This document shows, in pieces, positions 1-6,349 of a DNA stretch of 43,022 bases (position 1 is the stretch's first letter; every line of letters begins with the position of its first letter). The notes beneath the pieces were generated by a model. That model searched no databases and was not told the DNA's origin. It was given only the letters and a program-made list of their open reading frames with translations. This DNA is from a virus: the IMG/VR virus record IMGVR_UViG_3300045988_043056; one strand, 5' to 3'. A program made the position numbers and the translations under genes.

Positions 1-55
1 GCTCTTTCGGCGGCAGCTCTTTCGGCGGCAGCTCTTTCGGCGGCAGCTCTTTCGG
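1..55. repeat. 15-bp tandem repeat GCTCTTTCGGCGGCA (3 full units plus 10 nt)
   Basis: Units at 1-15, 16-30 and 31-45, with a partial unit at 46-55. The same unit ends the window. On the minus strand it encodes AAAER repeats. Confidence 0.95.
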
Positions 56-737
56 AAAGCAACAATCCACCGCCAAAAATGCTTTTTCCTTTTTTTCTTT
101 GCTCGTCCAGAGCTGATATTTTCAAGCACTCACCGCGATACACTTTCAGGTCTATGCCGTACTTGCTGTACCTTTGCAGCATTGCCGCCGTCATCACATG
201 ATCCGGATAAATGTATTTCGGGATTTTCTTTTTTTGATTCTCTCTTTTTTTCATCGCATCCGCAATCGCTTGTCCTAACCTTGGCGCTGTCTGTGCCACG
301 ACATCCGCACCATAGCTTGTGACAAATGCAGTGCGGACGACAGCTCCGTTTTCATACACAATATCCGCATCGCAAATGATGTGGTTCATCCGCAACACAG
401 TATCCTCCGAGCCAAACACCGTCAACGATGGCGCAAACAAGAAGAACTTGATTTTTCTGTCAAGGTAGAACCTGCAGATCTTTGTCAAGATCGAAAACGG
501 CGGATTGTCAAGCACAGTGCACCCCTCTGGATACTTGAAATTTTCATAATCTCCTCCCGGATAAAATGGCTGGACAATCGTTTGTGGGTCAATTTCATAT
601 TCCGCACAAGCCCAATCTCTGATTGCATCGTACACTAGCGGAGGTGTATAGCAATCATCTGTTGTCTTTTTTGGCTTGAATTTCTCGACAAATGCATCGT
701 ACTCAGCATTGTCTTGGAAAATCTCTAGTTGTTCCAT
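1..737 (-). CDS. N6-adenine DNA methyltransferase-like protein, 5' part (ORF exits the window at position 1 and resumes at 43022)
   Basis: ATG at 735-737 lies behind GGAGGTG. Hand translation: MEQLEIFQDNAEYDAFVEKFKPKKTTDDCYTPPLVYDAIRDW...CTVLDNPPFSILTKICRFY. NPPF is motif IV of amino-methyltransferases. There is no stop before position 1, where the frame reads LSERAAAERAAAER through the 15-bp repeats. It is absent from the ORF track because the segment has no stop. Confidence 0.8.
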   Translation of the reverse strand, partial: MEQLEIFQDNAEYDAFVEKFKPKKTTDDCYTPPLVYDAIRDWACAEYEIDPQTIVQPFYPGGDYENFKYPEGCTVLDNPPFSILTKICRFYLDRKIKFFLFAPSLTVFGSEDTVLRMNHIICDADIVYENGAVVRTAFVTSYGADVVAQTAPRLGQAIADAMKKRENQKKKIPKYIYPDHVMTAAMLQRYSKYGIDLKVYRGECLKISALDEQRKKGKSIFGGGLLLSERAAAERAAAERAAAER

Positions 738-740
738 GTG

Positions 741-1373
741 TCACACCTCCACAAATTTCCCGCCGACGCACTTGTACCACGTCTTTTCTTTGAGCGTTAC
801 GCCGTCCACGATTCCGGCCGCGACGGAGATAATTGGGTATGTATTGCCATCCCATTCGCCACGCTCCACGGCGAAGATCGCGCAGCCGATAGCGCCCATT
901 ACACTGCCATCACGTCCGGATGCCATAGCGGCCGACGCTTCGCCCGTCGCTGCGGCCGCCCCCTGATAGCCCGTCGCAGCGGCCGCCCTCTGAGTGCCCG
1001 TCGCATGCTTATCCGGAGACTCTTTCGCCTTTTTGATCTTTTCGTCGAAACCGATGGTGTTCTTGACCCAAGCGATCTGTGCTTCGACGAGGCCGGGGAT
1101 CCCGATTTCAGCGCCGATTTTTATCGTTTTCGCGCAAATCTTGCTGTCATCGCTTTTCTCGTCGCACACTTCGTCCAGTTCTACCATCCGGTAGATGCTT
1201 CCATCGCCCGGCGGATAGTATCCAAGCACATCCAGCGGCATTGTGCAGGCGTGCGCTCCCTCTTTGCAAAGGACCGCCCCAGGCATGTGATAGGTTTTGC
1301 CCTCTTCGTACTGGAAGCCTCTGCACTTCATGTCTTTGTCAAAGCCCTTGTAGGCGATAATTGGTTCGCTCAT
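741..1373 (-). CDS. Conserved phage protein, unknown function (DUF7666-like N-terminus)
   Basis: 210-aa ORF whose stop abuts the RBS of the MTase gene. The N-terminus MSEPIIAYKGFDKDMKCRGFQYEEGKTYHMP...CKEGAHACTMPLDVLGYY matches a pattern I recall for DUF7666-type phage proteins. A central A/G/T-rich imperfect repeat reads AAATGYQGAAAATGEASAA. Confidence 0.6.
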   Translation of the reverse strand: MSEPIIAYKGFDKDMKCRGFQYEEGKTYHMPGAVLCKEGAHACTMPLDVLGYYPPGDGSIYRMVELDEVCDEKSDDSKICAKTIKIGAEIGIPGLVEAQIAWVKNTIGFDEKIKKAKESPDKHATGTQRAAAATGYQGAAAATGEASAAMASGRDGSVMGAIGCAIFAVERGEWDGNTYPIISVAAGIVDGVTLKEKTWYKCVGGKFVEV

Positions 1374-1681
1374 GTGTTTTCCTCCATTTTCTCCAGCACC
1401 TCCCGCAGCTTGTCCTTCCCCGCTGCGGCAATCACTGCAGCCGCCGTCTCATAGCTGATCTCCGGCGCATCCAGCCCCAGCAGCCATGCCACGGATACAT
1501 TCAGTGCCTTTCCCACCGCCTTTGCAAGGTTCAGGCTCATTCTCGCCCGCCCCTGCTCCACATTGGCAATGGTTGACTGCTCGTAATAGCACCGAGCCGC
1601 CAGCCTGCTCTGGCCTAACCCCGCCGCCTTCCGCGCCGCAATCAACCTTTTCGCAGATGTCATGTCCTCTGCTTTTTTCAT
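1370..1681 (-). CDS. XRE-family helix-turn-helix regulator
   Basis: AKRLIAARKAAGLGQSRLAARCYYEQSTIANVEQGRARMSLNLAKAVGKALNVSVAWLLG is a classic HTH_3 pattern. The RBS is GAAGGGAGAAAGA before the ATG. ATGA overlaps the next gene. Confidence 0.85.
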   Translation of the reverse strand: MKKAEDMTSAKRLIAARKAAGLGQSRLAARCYYEQSTIANVEQGRARMSLNLAKAVGKALNVSVAWLLGLDAPEISYETAAAVIAAAGKDKLREVLEKMEENT

Positions 1682-1859
1682 TCTTTCTCCCTTCGCACCA
1701 AGCCGGTGCCTGACATATTTCCGCGCCCCGGTATCCCTCGGGGTAAACGCTCACCACGCGCCCGCGCACTCCGCGCAGCCCGCGCCGGGTGCATTTTAAG
1801 AGGCAGCCGCCCCGATGGTCGGTTTCCTCAATCGCTGCTCCGCACTCTGCGCAGTTCAT
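1449..1859 (-). CDS. Possible small Zn-ribbon ORF; only the 5' ~180 nt (1682-1859) is free of overlap and the 3' end is uncertain
   Basis: MNCAECGAAIEETDHRGGCLLKC carries CxxC...CxxxC. The rest of the ORF overlaps the well-supported HTH gene in another frame and has shadow-like G/A/C-rich composition. Confidence 0.25.
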   Translation of the reverse strand: MNCAECGAAIEETDHRGGCLLKCTRRGLRGVRGRVVSVYPEGYRGAEICQAPAWCEGRKNEKSRGHDICEKVDCGAEGGGVRPEQAGGSVLLRAVNHCQCGAGAGENEPEPCKGGGKGTECIRGMAAGAGCAGDQL

Positions 1860-2013
1860 CCTTGCATTCCTCCAGTGCCCTTGTCAGCCGGTCGATCTCC
1901 TTCGAGGCCGCCAGCATCAGGCTCAGCACGCCGCCGCAGGTCGGGTACGCCTCGCATTCGCTGCACCGCTTCGCCCCCGCGCACTCGATCAGCATCCGGG
2001 AAAGATCACCCAT
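1828..2013 (-). CDS. Small Cys-rich hypothetical protein
   Basis: 61-aa ORF in the early minus-strand operon: MGDLSRMLIECAGAKRCSECEAYPTCGG... Confidence 0.4.
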   Translation of the reverse strand: MGDLSRMLIECAGAKRCSECEAYPTCGGVLSLMLAASKEIDRLTRALEECKDELRRVRSSD

Positions 2014-2323
2014 TCTTCAGCCACCCGACCTTCCGCATTACCAGCAGCGCCCCCGCAAATGGGAAAGCCGCCGTCCATACGGGAGCCGCCGTCACGCACA
2101 CCGCCATCACGACCACCAGCGCAATCACCATCAGAAATGCGCCCAGCTCCCGCTTTTCCTTCCGTGCCTTCGCCCGCTCTGCCCGCAGCGTCCGTTCCGC
2201 CCGCTGCGCCCGCGCTTCCGCTGCTTCTCTTGCCGCGCGGTTTTTCCGCGCGTCCACTCTGTACGCCAAACGGCGAAGCTCCAGATCCTCCGCTTCGCCG
2301 TTGTAAAGAATGATTTCCTGCAT
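2006..2323 (-). CDS. Hypothetical membrane protein (charged coiled-coil N-terminus, two hydrophobic helices)
   Basis: AAREAAEARAQRAERTLRAERAKARKEKRE is followed by LGAFLMVIALVVVMAVCVTAAPVWTAAFPFAGALLV. Confidence 0.55.
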   Translation of the reverse strand: MQEIILYNGEAEDLELRRLAYRVDARKNRAAREAAEARAQRAERTLRAERAKARKEKRELGAFLMVIALVVVMAVCVTAAPVWTAAFPFAGALLVMRKVGWLKNG

Positions 2324-2336
2324 CGTTATGTCCTCC

Positions 2337-2603
2337 TCACAGATAATTTTTCCCGTATTCCCGCCGGAAGTCGTCCGTGCTGGCCTCGTGCTCGTACATC
2401 CACTTGCGTTCGCCGTACTTCTTTATCTCCAGCGCCGTCTCGGCGCATTGGTGCGCCGCCCTCGGGCCGTTGCGGTGGCAGCTCTCGCCGCACAGCAGCA
2501 CCACCAGCCCGTCCCGCTCCGATTTGTCGCGGTTCGACCCGCCAAAGATGTGGTGGCGCTCCACCGCGCCCACCTTTCCGCATAACCAGCACTTTCCGTA
2601 CAT
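2337..2603 (-). CDS. Small HNH/Zn-finger-like protein
   Basis: I place the start at the internal ATG 2601-2603 behind GGAGGAAAGACA. MYGKCWLCGKVGAVERHHIFGGSNRDKSERDGLVVLLCGESCHRNG shows the pattern CxxC...HH...CxxxCH. Confidence 0.7.
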   Translation of the reverse strand: MYGKCWLCGKVGAVERHHIFGGSNRDKSERDGLVVLLCGESCHRNGPRAAHQCAETALEIKKYGERKWMYEHEASTDDFRREYGKNYL

Positions 2604-2614
2604 TGTCTTTCCTC

Positions 2615-2878
2615 CTAAATTGCCCCGATCAGCCGCAGCAGAGCGTCCCGCCCCTCCTGCGTGCTGCACAGGTTCACACTTTTTACCAGCCCCCGGAGTT
2701 CCCCCACCGTCATTGTGGTTGGATCCTCACGTCTGCGGTAGTACGTTCCCCGCGTCATATGGCTCTCGTGCAGCAGCCGGTCCACGCCGACCTCTGCGTA
2801 TTGCCGCGCAGCGTCCAGCCGCTTCACAAATTCCTGCTCCACGCTGACCTTTGGCTTGCACCACGTTACCTTTGGCAC
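2615..2878 (-). CDS. Hypothetical early protein
   Basis: 87-aa ORF with a GTG start behind GGGAGGAAAGAGAA, packed tightly in the operon. Confidence 0.55.
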   Translation of the reverse strand: MPKVTWCKPKVSVEQEFVKRLDAARQYAEVGVDRLLHESHMTRGTYYRRREDPTTMTVGELRGLVKSVNLCSTQEGRDALLRLIGAI

Positions 2879-2936
2879 TTCTCTTTCCTCCCTTCGTTGA
2901 CTTCCCTCCCGCCGCGTTTTGCTTTCTTCTCGTGGC

Positions 2937-3146
2937 TCACACCTGCTCTAAGAAAATATCGTTCATCTGCTCCGGAGAAAGGCCCAGCAGATCGCGTAAT
3001 TTCGCGATTTCGGACACCTTGAATTCATGCTTATTGTTGATCTTGCCACTCAGCGTCCCCTGGCAGATTCCCAGAGCCTCGGCGGCTTTCTCCTGCGTGA
3101 GGCCACGGCGCAGCATTGCGACCTTGAGTTCTACCGTTTTTACCAC
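2937..3146 (-). CDS. XRE/Cro-like helix-turn-helix protein (GTG start)
   Basis: GTG at 3144-3146 lies behind AAGGAG. VVKTVELKVAMLRRGLTQEKAAEALGICQGTLSGKINNKHEFKVSEIAKLRDLLG is an HTH_3 pattern. The longer ORF-track start has no RBS and overlaps the upstream small ORF. Confidence 0.75.
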   Translation of the reverse strand: MVKTVELKVAMLRRGLTQEKAAEALGICQGTLSGKINNKHEFKVSEIAKLRDLLGLSPEQMNDIFLEQV

Positions 3147-3163
3147 CTTCGCCCGCTCCTTCC

Positions 3164-3298
3164 TTATGCAGTCTTTCGCATCTGCGCCACGGCGACCATT
3201 CCGTCGGCGTAGGCCGTCAGCACAGTCCATTCCTCTGCGGTCAGCTTCTCTGCCAGCTCAAAGAGCTTTGCAAGCATGCTCATTCTTTCCTCGGTCAT
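3164..3298 (-). CDS. Small hypothetical protein (44 aa), below the ORF-track cutoff
   Basis: Hand translation MTEERMSMLAKLFELAEKLTAEEWTVLTAYADGMVAVAQMRKTA. The RBS is AAAGGAAGTGAGAGAA before the ATG. It lies directly upstream of the HTH gene. Confidence 0.45.
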   Translation of the reverse strand: MTEERMSMLAKLFELAEKLTAEEWTVLTAYADGMVAVAQMRKTA

Positions 3299-3316
3299 TT
3301 CTCTCACTTCCTTTCA

Positions 3317-3346
3317 TTGACCTTCTCCCTCCCCCTGTGCTATACT
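3317..3346 (+). promoter_or_regulatory. Sigma-70-type promoter
   Basis: TTGACC (3317-3322), 18 nt, TATACT (3341-3346). AGGAGG follows at 3354-3359 and the ATG at 3369. Confidence 0.6.
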
Positions 3347-3368
3347 CTCATTTAGGAGGTGTTCTTAT

Positions 3369-3677
3369 ATGAAAAACAAACTAACCACCGTCTACATTCA
3401 CTTCCGGGATACGCTCGATCTTTCTGCCCTCGGTCAGGCGTTCCCGGAAAGCGCTACCTTCGGCCCCGTTATGGAAAATTCCTGCATCGTCAATTCCTAC
3501 TTGACCTACAAGTCCGTTCTTGACCTCATGTCGCACCATTTCCCAAACGAGCATTATTTCATCTGCGTCGCCGGGCGGCATTACGTTTGTGCCCCTTCTT
3601 CCGCAGGCCGAAGCCCGTCCACGTGTGAGGCCTCCGATGCTTCCGCCCCGCCCACTCTCCGTCATACCGACGGATGA
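3369..3677 (+). CDS. Small hypothetical protein, lysogeny-side strand; the C-terminal ~30 aa are doubtful
   Basis: Consensus promoter and AGGAGGTG RBS. MKNKLTTVYIHFRDTLDLSALGQAFPES...NEHYFICVAGRHYV looks protein-like. The tail APSSAGRSPSTCEASDASAPP is low-complexity and overlaps a convergent ORF. Confidence 0.5.
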   Translation: MKNKLTTVYIHFRDTLDLSALGQAFPESATFGPVMENSCIVNSYLTYKSVLDLMSHHFPNEHYFICVAGRHYVCAPSSAGRSPSTCEASDASAPPTLRHTDG

Positions 3678-3720
3678 ACTTGTCCTTCTTGATGTAGCTA
3701 ATGAGCCGCATACTGCGCAT
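3559..3720 (-). CDS. Possible small basic protein (53 aa), convergent with and overlapping 3369..3677
   Basis: ATG 3718-3720 lies behind GGAGGGGGTGATGGG. It shares its 23-nt 5' leader with gene 3981..4211. The composition is very basic and low-complexity, so coding status is uncertain. Confidence 0.3.
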   Translation of the reverse strand: MRSMRLISYIKKDKFIRRYDGEWAGRKHRRPHTWTGFGLRKKGHKRNAARRRR

Positions 3721-3729
3721 CCCATCACC

Positions 3730-3752
3730 CCCTCCTATCGCGTTTCGCTTTC
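3730..3752. repeat. 23-bp direct repeat, copy 1 (CCCTCCTATCGCGTTTCGCTTTC)
   Basis: Identical to 4220-4242. On the minus strand it reads GAAAGCGAAACGCGATAGGAGGG, which is the leader plus RBS of a minus-strand small ORF. Confidence 0.9.
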
Positions 3753-3757
3753 TATCG

Positions 3758-3787
3758 TTGACTTTCCTCTCTTTCACGTGCTACAAT
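3758..3787 (+). promoter_or_regulatory. Sigma-70-type promoter
   Basis: TTGACT (3758-3763), 18 nt, TACAAT (3782-3787). AAAGGAGGTG and ATG 3810 follow. Confidence 0.6.
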
Positions 3788-3809
3788 CACCGCGAAAGGA
3801 GGTGTTTTT

Positions 3810-4040
3810 ATGCAAGCTCTGTTGTCCTCTCCCGTCACATTCCGGGATGCCTGCGCCCTTGCGTGGGCGCAGGCGCATCTTTCCGCTTACCTCGCCAAGC
3901 ACCCCAATGCCAAGTATGAGGATAGCTTCAAGATCTTCGCCGAATACTATGATTCCGGTCGCTATGTTGCCGATCATCTCTCAGAGTTTATCAACAACAG
4001 CGATTCCCCGTCGGACGAACTCCGTGACGCAGACATTTGA
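3810..4040 (+). CDS. Small hypothetical protein (76 aa), lysogeny-side strand
   Basis: It has its own consensus promoter and RBS. MQALLSSPVTFRDACALAWAQAHLSAYLAKHPNAKYEDSFKIFAEYYDSGRY. The promoter/RBS block resembles the one at 3317-3368. Confidence 0.55.
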   Translation: MQALLSSPVTFRDACALAWAQAHLSAYLAKHPNAKYEDSFKIFAEYYDSGRYVADHLSEFINNSDSPSDELRDADI

Positions 4041-4211
4041 TTGCGACATCTCATCCTCTGCGATCATCACGGCAAGCTCGCATGCACTTGAAAACTCCCT
4101 CAGCGTGGCCCCTTGTGTTGCCGCTGTCTCAAGCAGCGCAATAATAAGGGGCTTCATCTTCTTGTTGCATCGGATTGCCGAATCAACATTGATTTTTACT
4201 CCGCGCGTCAT
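3981..4211 (-). CDS. First gene of the minus-strand early operon (76 aa, unknown function; Cro/antirepressor position)
   Basis: Driven by consensus promoter 4264-4292 and RBS GGAGGGAGAAGCGA. Its last 60 nt overlap the 3' end of 3810..4040. Confidence 0.6.
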   Translation of the reverse strand: MTRGVKINVDSAIRCNKKMKPLIIALLETAATQGATLREFSSACELAVMIAEDEMSQSNVCVTEFVRRGIAVVDKL

Positions 4212-4219
4212 TCGCTTCT

Positions 4220-4242
4220 CCCTCCTATCGCGTTTCGCTTTC
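4220..4242. repeat. 23-bp direct repeat, copy 2
   Basis: Identical to 3730-3752. Confidence 0.9.
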
Positions 4243-4263
4243 CGCTTAACTATTTACGTTATC

Positions 4264-4292
4264 AGTATAGCGTGTATAGATAAATTTGTCAA
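4264..4292 (-). promoter_or_regulatory. Sigma-70-type early promoter (minus strand)
   Basis: In minus sense: TTGACA (4292-4287), 17 nt, TATACT (4269-4264). It sits back-to-back with the plus-strand repressor promoter, and the two -35 regions form a 7-bp inverted repeat, GTCAATA/TATTGAC. Confidence 0.7.
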
Positions 4293-4310
4293 TAGGTTTT
4301 CAAAAAAATA

Positions 4311-4339
4311 TTGACTTCCGTTAAAATTGTTGCTATACT
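4311..4339 (+). promoter_or_regulatory. Sigma-70-type promoter of the repressor gene
   Basis: TTGACT (4311-4316), 17 nt, TATACT (4334-4339). AGGAGGTGA and ATG 4365 follow. Confidence 0.7.
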
Positions 4340-4364
4340 CAATATGCAAGGAGGTGAGAACCCC

Positions 4365-4742
4365 ATGAACGAACGTATCAAGCAACTGCGCAAGCATCTC
4401 GGCCTTAATCAAACGGAGTTCGGCGCTCGCATCGGCGTGAAGCAAACAACCATTGCCGGATATGAGCGCGGCGCAAGCACTCCTCTCGACGCAGTTGTTT
4501 CAGCAATCTGCCGCGAGTTCAATGTCAGTGAGCGCTGGCTGCGTGAGGGCGAGGGCGAGATGTTCCTCCCGCAGGACGATGCCGACGAGCTGATGGCCTT
4601 GGCCGGTCGCTTCCTCGGCAGCAATCCGACCGAGACGCAGCTGCGGTTTGCCCGCGCTGTGTTCACCATGACCCCGCAGGAGCTTGAACTTATCACGCGC
4701 AAAGCCCGCGAACTTCTCGGTGAAACAAAAAAAGAGGACTGA
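4365..4742 (+). CDS. CI-like XRE-family repressor
   Basis: I place the start at ATG 4365 behind AGGAGGTGA. MNERIKQLRKHLGLNQTEFGARIGVKQTTIAGYERGASTPLDAVVSAICREFNVSERWLREGEGEMF is an HTH_3 domain, followed by a C-terminal extension. It is divergent from the early promoter. Confidence 0.85.
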   Translation: MNERIKQLRKHLGLNQTEFGARIGVKQTTIAGYERGASTPLDAVVSAICREFNVSERWLREGEGEMFLPQDDADELMALAGRFLGSNPTETQLRFARAVFTMTPQELELITRKARELLGETKKED

Positions 4743-4768
4743 CAGCACCCGCTGCCAGTCCTCTTTTT
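4733..4768. terminator. Bidirectional intrinsic terminator
   Basis: AGAGGACTG (4733-4741) pairs with CAGTCCTCT (4756-4764). An A-run lies upstream and TTTTT downstream. It sits between convergent genes. Confidence 0.7.
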
Positions 4769-4776
4769 CGCCCTTT

Positions 4777-4890
4777 TCATTCTTCCTCCCTGCCCGCTGC
4801 AAGGAATGCCAGGATAAACCAGTATAGCCGCCTCAATTGTCCCGCCGTCGCTGTCTCGATCAACCTCCGAATTTCTGCCGCATAGTTCAT
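4777..4890 (-). CDS. Small hypothetical protein (37 aa), below the ORF-track cutoff
   Basis: Hand translation MNYAAEIRRLIETATAGQLRRLYWFILAFLAAGREEE. The RBS is GGAAGGAGCGGAAAG. Confidence 0.4.
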   Translation of the reverse strand: MNYAAEIRRLIETATAGQLRRLYWFILAFLAAGREEE

Positions 4891-4936
4891 CTTTCCGCTC
4901 CTTCCGACATTTTTGTAGTGTTAGCTAAAATATTGC

Positions 4937-4965
4937 TTGACATTTTTCTTCCTACGCGGTAATAT
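4937..4965 (+). promoter_or_regulatory. Sigma-70-type promoter
   Basis: TTGACA (4937-4942), 17 nt, TAATAT (4960-4965). Confidence 0.65.
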
Positions 4966-4979
4966 AAAAGTATCAAATA
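4959..4979. repeat. 21-bp direct repeat GTAATATAAAAGTATCAAATA, copy 1
   Basis: Identical copy at 5488-5508. Copy 1 overlaps the -10 element of promoter 4937-4965. Confidence 0.9.
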
Positions 4980-4998
4980 CGAAACTTTTTTCTTGCAC

Positions 4999-5463
4999 AT
5001 GGTGGTGGTTGCTTTGGATCGTAAAAGGGCGCTTGCTTTCCTTGTGTCCTTCGCTTCCTCAACACTGCTTCTTCTCCTGTTTTTCCTGCTGTTATATGTA
5101 ATTGGGATCGTATATAATTTCTTCTCAGGTCTGTTTTCTCCTAACGATTCTTCAATTCTTTGTGTCTCTTTCCGGTTCTTTTTCAGTCGCAGAGACGGTT
5201 TGCTTCTGTTCCTTCTCTTTATACAGTTTTACAATATTGCTTTCCAGATTTCCGCTGCTATCGTTCGGAAGATTTTAGAATCCCGCTACTTACTGATTGT
5301 TTATACTTTTCGTGTTACAGCCGTTCTCTTTCTCTGCATTGCTATCGCAATGGTCGTACTCAGTTTTTTCGATTTGGCGAATTGGCGGCTATTCCTCCCT
5401 TATGCAATGCTAACCGGTCTTTCTCTTACCATTTCCGCAAGGTCGCTTGGGAAGTCCCATTAA
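4999..5463 (+). CDS. Multi-pass membrane protein, unknown function
   Basis: It is the only long ORF on either strand here. About 4 hydrophobic helices are visible (LAFLVSFASSTLLLLLFFLLLYVIGIV; LLLFLLFIQFYNIAF; VTAVLFLCIAIAMVVLSFF; LFLPYAMLTGLSLTI). The region is visibly T-rich and lower in GC than its surroundings. I see no clear Shine-Dalgarno sequence, which lowers confidence. Confidence 0.55.
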   Translation: MVVVALDRKRALAFLVSFASSTLLLLLFFLLLYVIGIVYNFFSGLFSPNDSSILCVSFRFFFSRRDGLLLFLLFIQFYNIAFQISAAIVRKILESRYLLIVYTFRVTAVLFLCIAIAMVVLSFFDLANWRLFLPYAMLTGLSLTISARSLGKSH

Positions 5464-5487
5464 GACGAGATTCTTATTTGCTCCGTC

Positions 5488-5508
5488 GTAATATAAAAGT
5501 ATCAAATA
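5488..5508. repeat. 21-bp direct repeat, copy 2
   Basis: Identical to 4959-4979. It lies 14 nt upstream of the -35 element of the next promoter. Confidence 0.9.
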
Positions 5509-5522
5509 TGGTATTTTTACTA

Positions 5523-5551
5523 TTGACTTTTCCCTCGCCATGGGTTATACT
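5523..5551 (+). promoter_or_regulatory. Sigma-70-type promoter
   Basis: TTGACT (5523-5528), 17 nt, TATACT (5546-5551). Confidence 0.65.
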
Positions 5552-5591
5552 GAGCCTGCAATGAGATATTCTCTCTCGTTGCCTTTATGCA

Positions 5592-5648
5592 GCCCTTGGC
5601 AGTACGCCGCCCACGAATCCGGGTTTGGCCGATCCCAAGGGCTTTTTT
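5592..5648 (+). terminator. Intrinsic-terminator-like hairpin inside the 5' leader of the NYN gene (attenuator or small-RNA end)
   Basis: GCCCTTGG (5592-5599) pairs with CCAAGGGC (5635-5642) and is followed by TTTTTT (5643-5648). The 35-nt GC-rich interior could fold further. It sits between promoter 5523-5551 and ATG 5677. Confidence 0.55.
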
Positions 5649-5676
5649 ATACCCATAGATAGAAGGGAGCTTTCGT

Positions 5677-6348
5677 ATGTCCGTTACTGCCATTCTCGTG
5701 GACGGTGCATTCTATCGTGCAAGGTTTGCCAAGTCCGGTGAGCATTCCCCGCAGGAAGCTGCCGATGCCTTGGTGCGTTATTGCTCCCGTCACTTGCACG
5801 AGCGCTCCCTAAGCCACACGCTATACCGTATTTTTTATTACGATTGCCCTCCCAGCAGAAAGAAAATATTTCATCCGCTGCAAAACAGAACCTACGATCT
5901 TTCCAAAACACCGCAATATCAGTGGATGTGTGACTTCTTGGATGCCCTCCGCCAGAAGCGGAAGGTCGCGCTTCGGCTTGGCTATCTGGATGAAGTGAAC
6001 GCGGCCTATACGCTCCGCCCCGATGTAGCTCGTGATCTGGTCTTGAAAAAAAGATCGCTTGATTCTCTCACGGATTCTGATTTTATCCCGTCGTTCAAGC
6101 AAAAAGGCGTAGATATGCGCATCGGTATGGACATTGCTTCCCTTGCATACAAGCGTCAGGTTTCTCAGATCGTTTTAATTGCCGGGGATGCGGACTTCGT
6201 TCCCGCTTCCAAACTTGCACGCCGCGAAGGTATCGATTTTGTTCTCGATCCTCTCGGTCATCCAATCAAAAACGATCTCTTTGAGCATATCGACGGAAAG
6301 CGTTCCTGCGGCGATCCTTATCTGGAATCCTCCAGAAAAGGCAGATAG
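5677..6348 (+). CDS. NYN-domain (LabA-like) predicted ribonuclease
   Basis: TAILVDGAFYRARF at the N-terminus, then KQKGVDMRIGMDIASLAYKRQVSQIVLIAGDADFVPASKLARREGIDFVL. These are the conserved acidic motifs of PF01936-type NYN domains. The RBS is AGAAGGGAG. Confidence 0.9.
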   Translation: MSVTAILVDGAFYRARFAKSGEHSPQEAADALVRYCSRHLHERSLSHTLYRIFYYDCPPSRKKIFHPLQNRTYDLSKTPQYQWMCDFLDALRQKRKVALRLGYLDEVNAAYTLRPDVARDLVLKKRSLDSLTDSDFIPSFKQKGVDMRIGMDIASLAYKRQVSQIVLIAGDADFVPASKLARREGIDFVLDPLGHPIKNDLFEHIDGKRSCGDPYLESSRKGR

Positions 6349-6349
6349 C

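Noticed and set aside
3381-4314. Other ORF-track frames across the switch region: 3381..3728 (-), 3520..4314 (+), 3701..3919 (+) and 3774..3977 (-).
   Set aside because: They have no RBS or promoter and their composition is low-complexity S/R/P/G. They cut across the promoter/RBS-supported small ORFs.
5552-5676. A known riboswitch class in the NYN leader.
   Set aside because: I could not match the sequence to any riboswitch consensus I know (preQ1, ZTP, c-di-GMP, guanidine and others). It is reported only as a terminator-containing leader.
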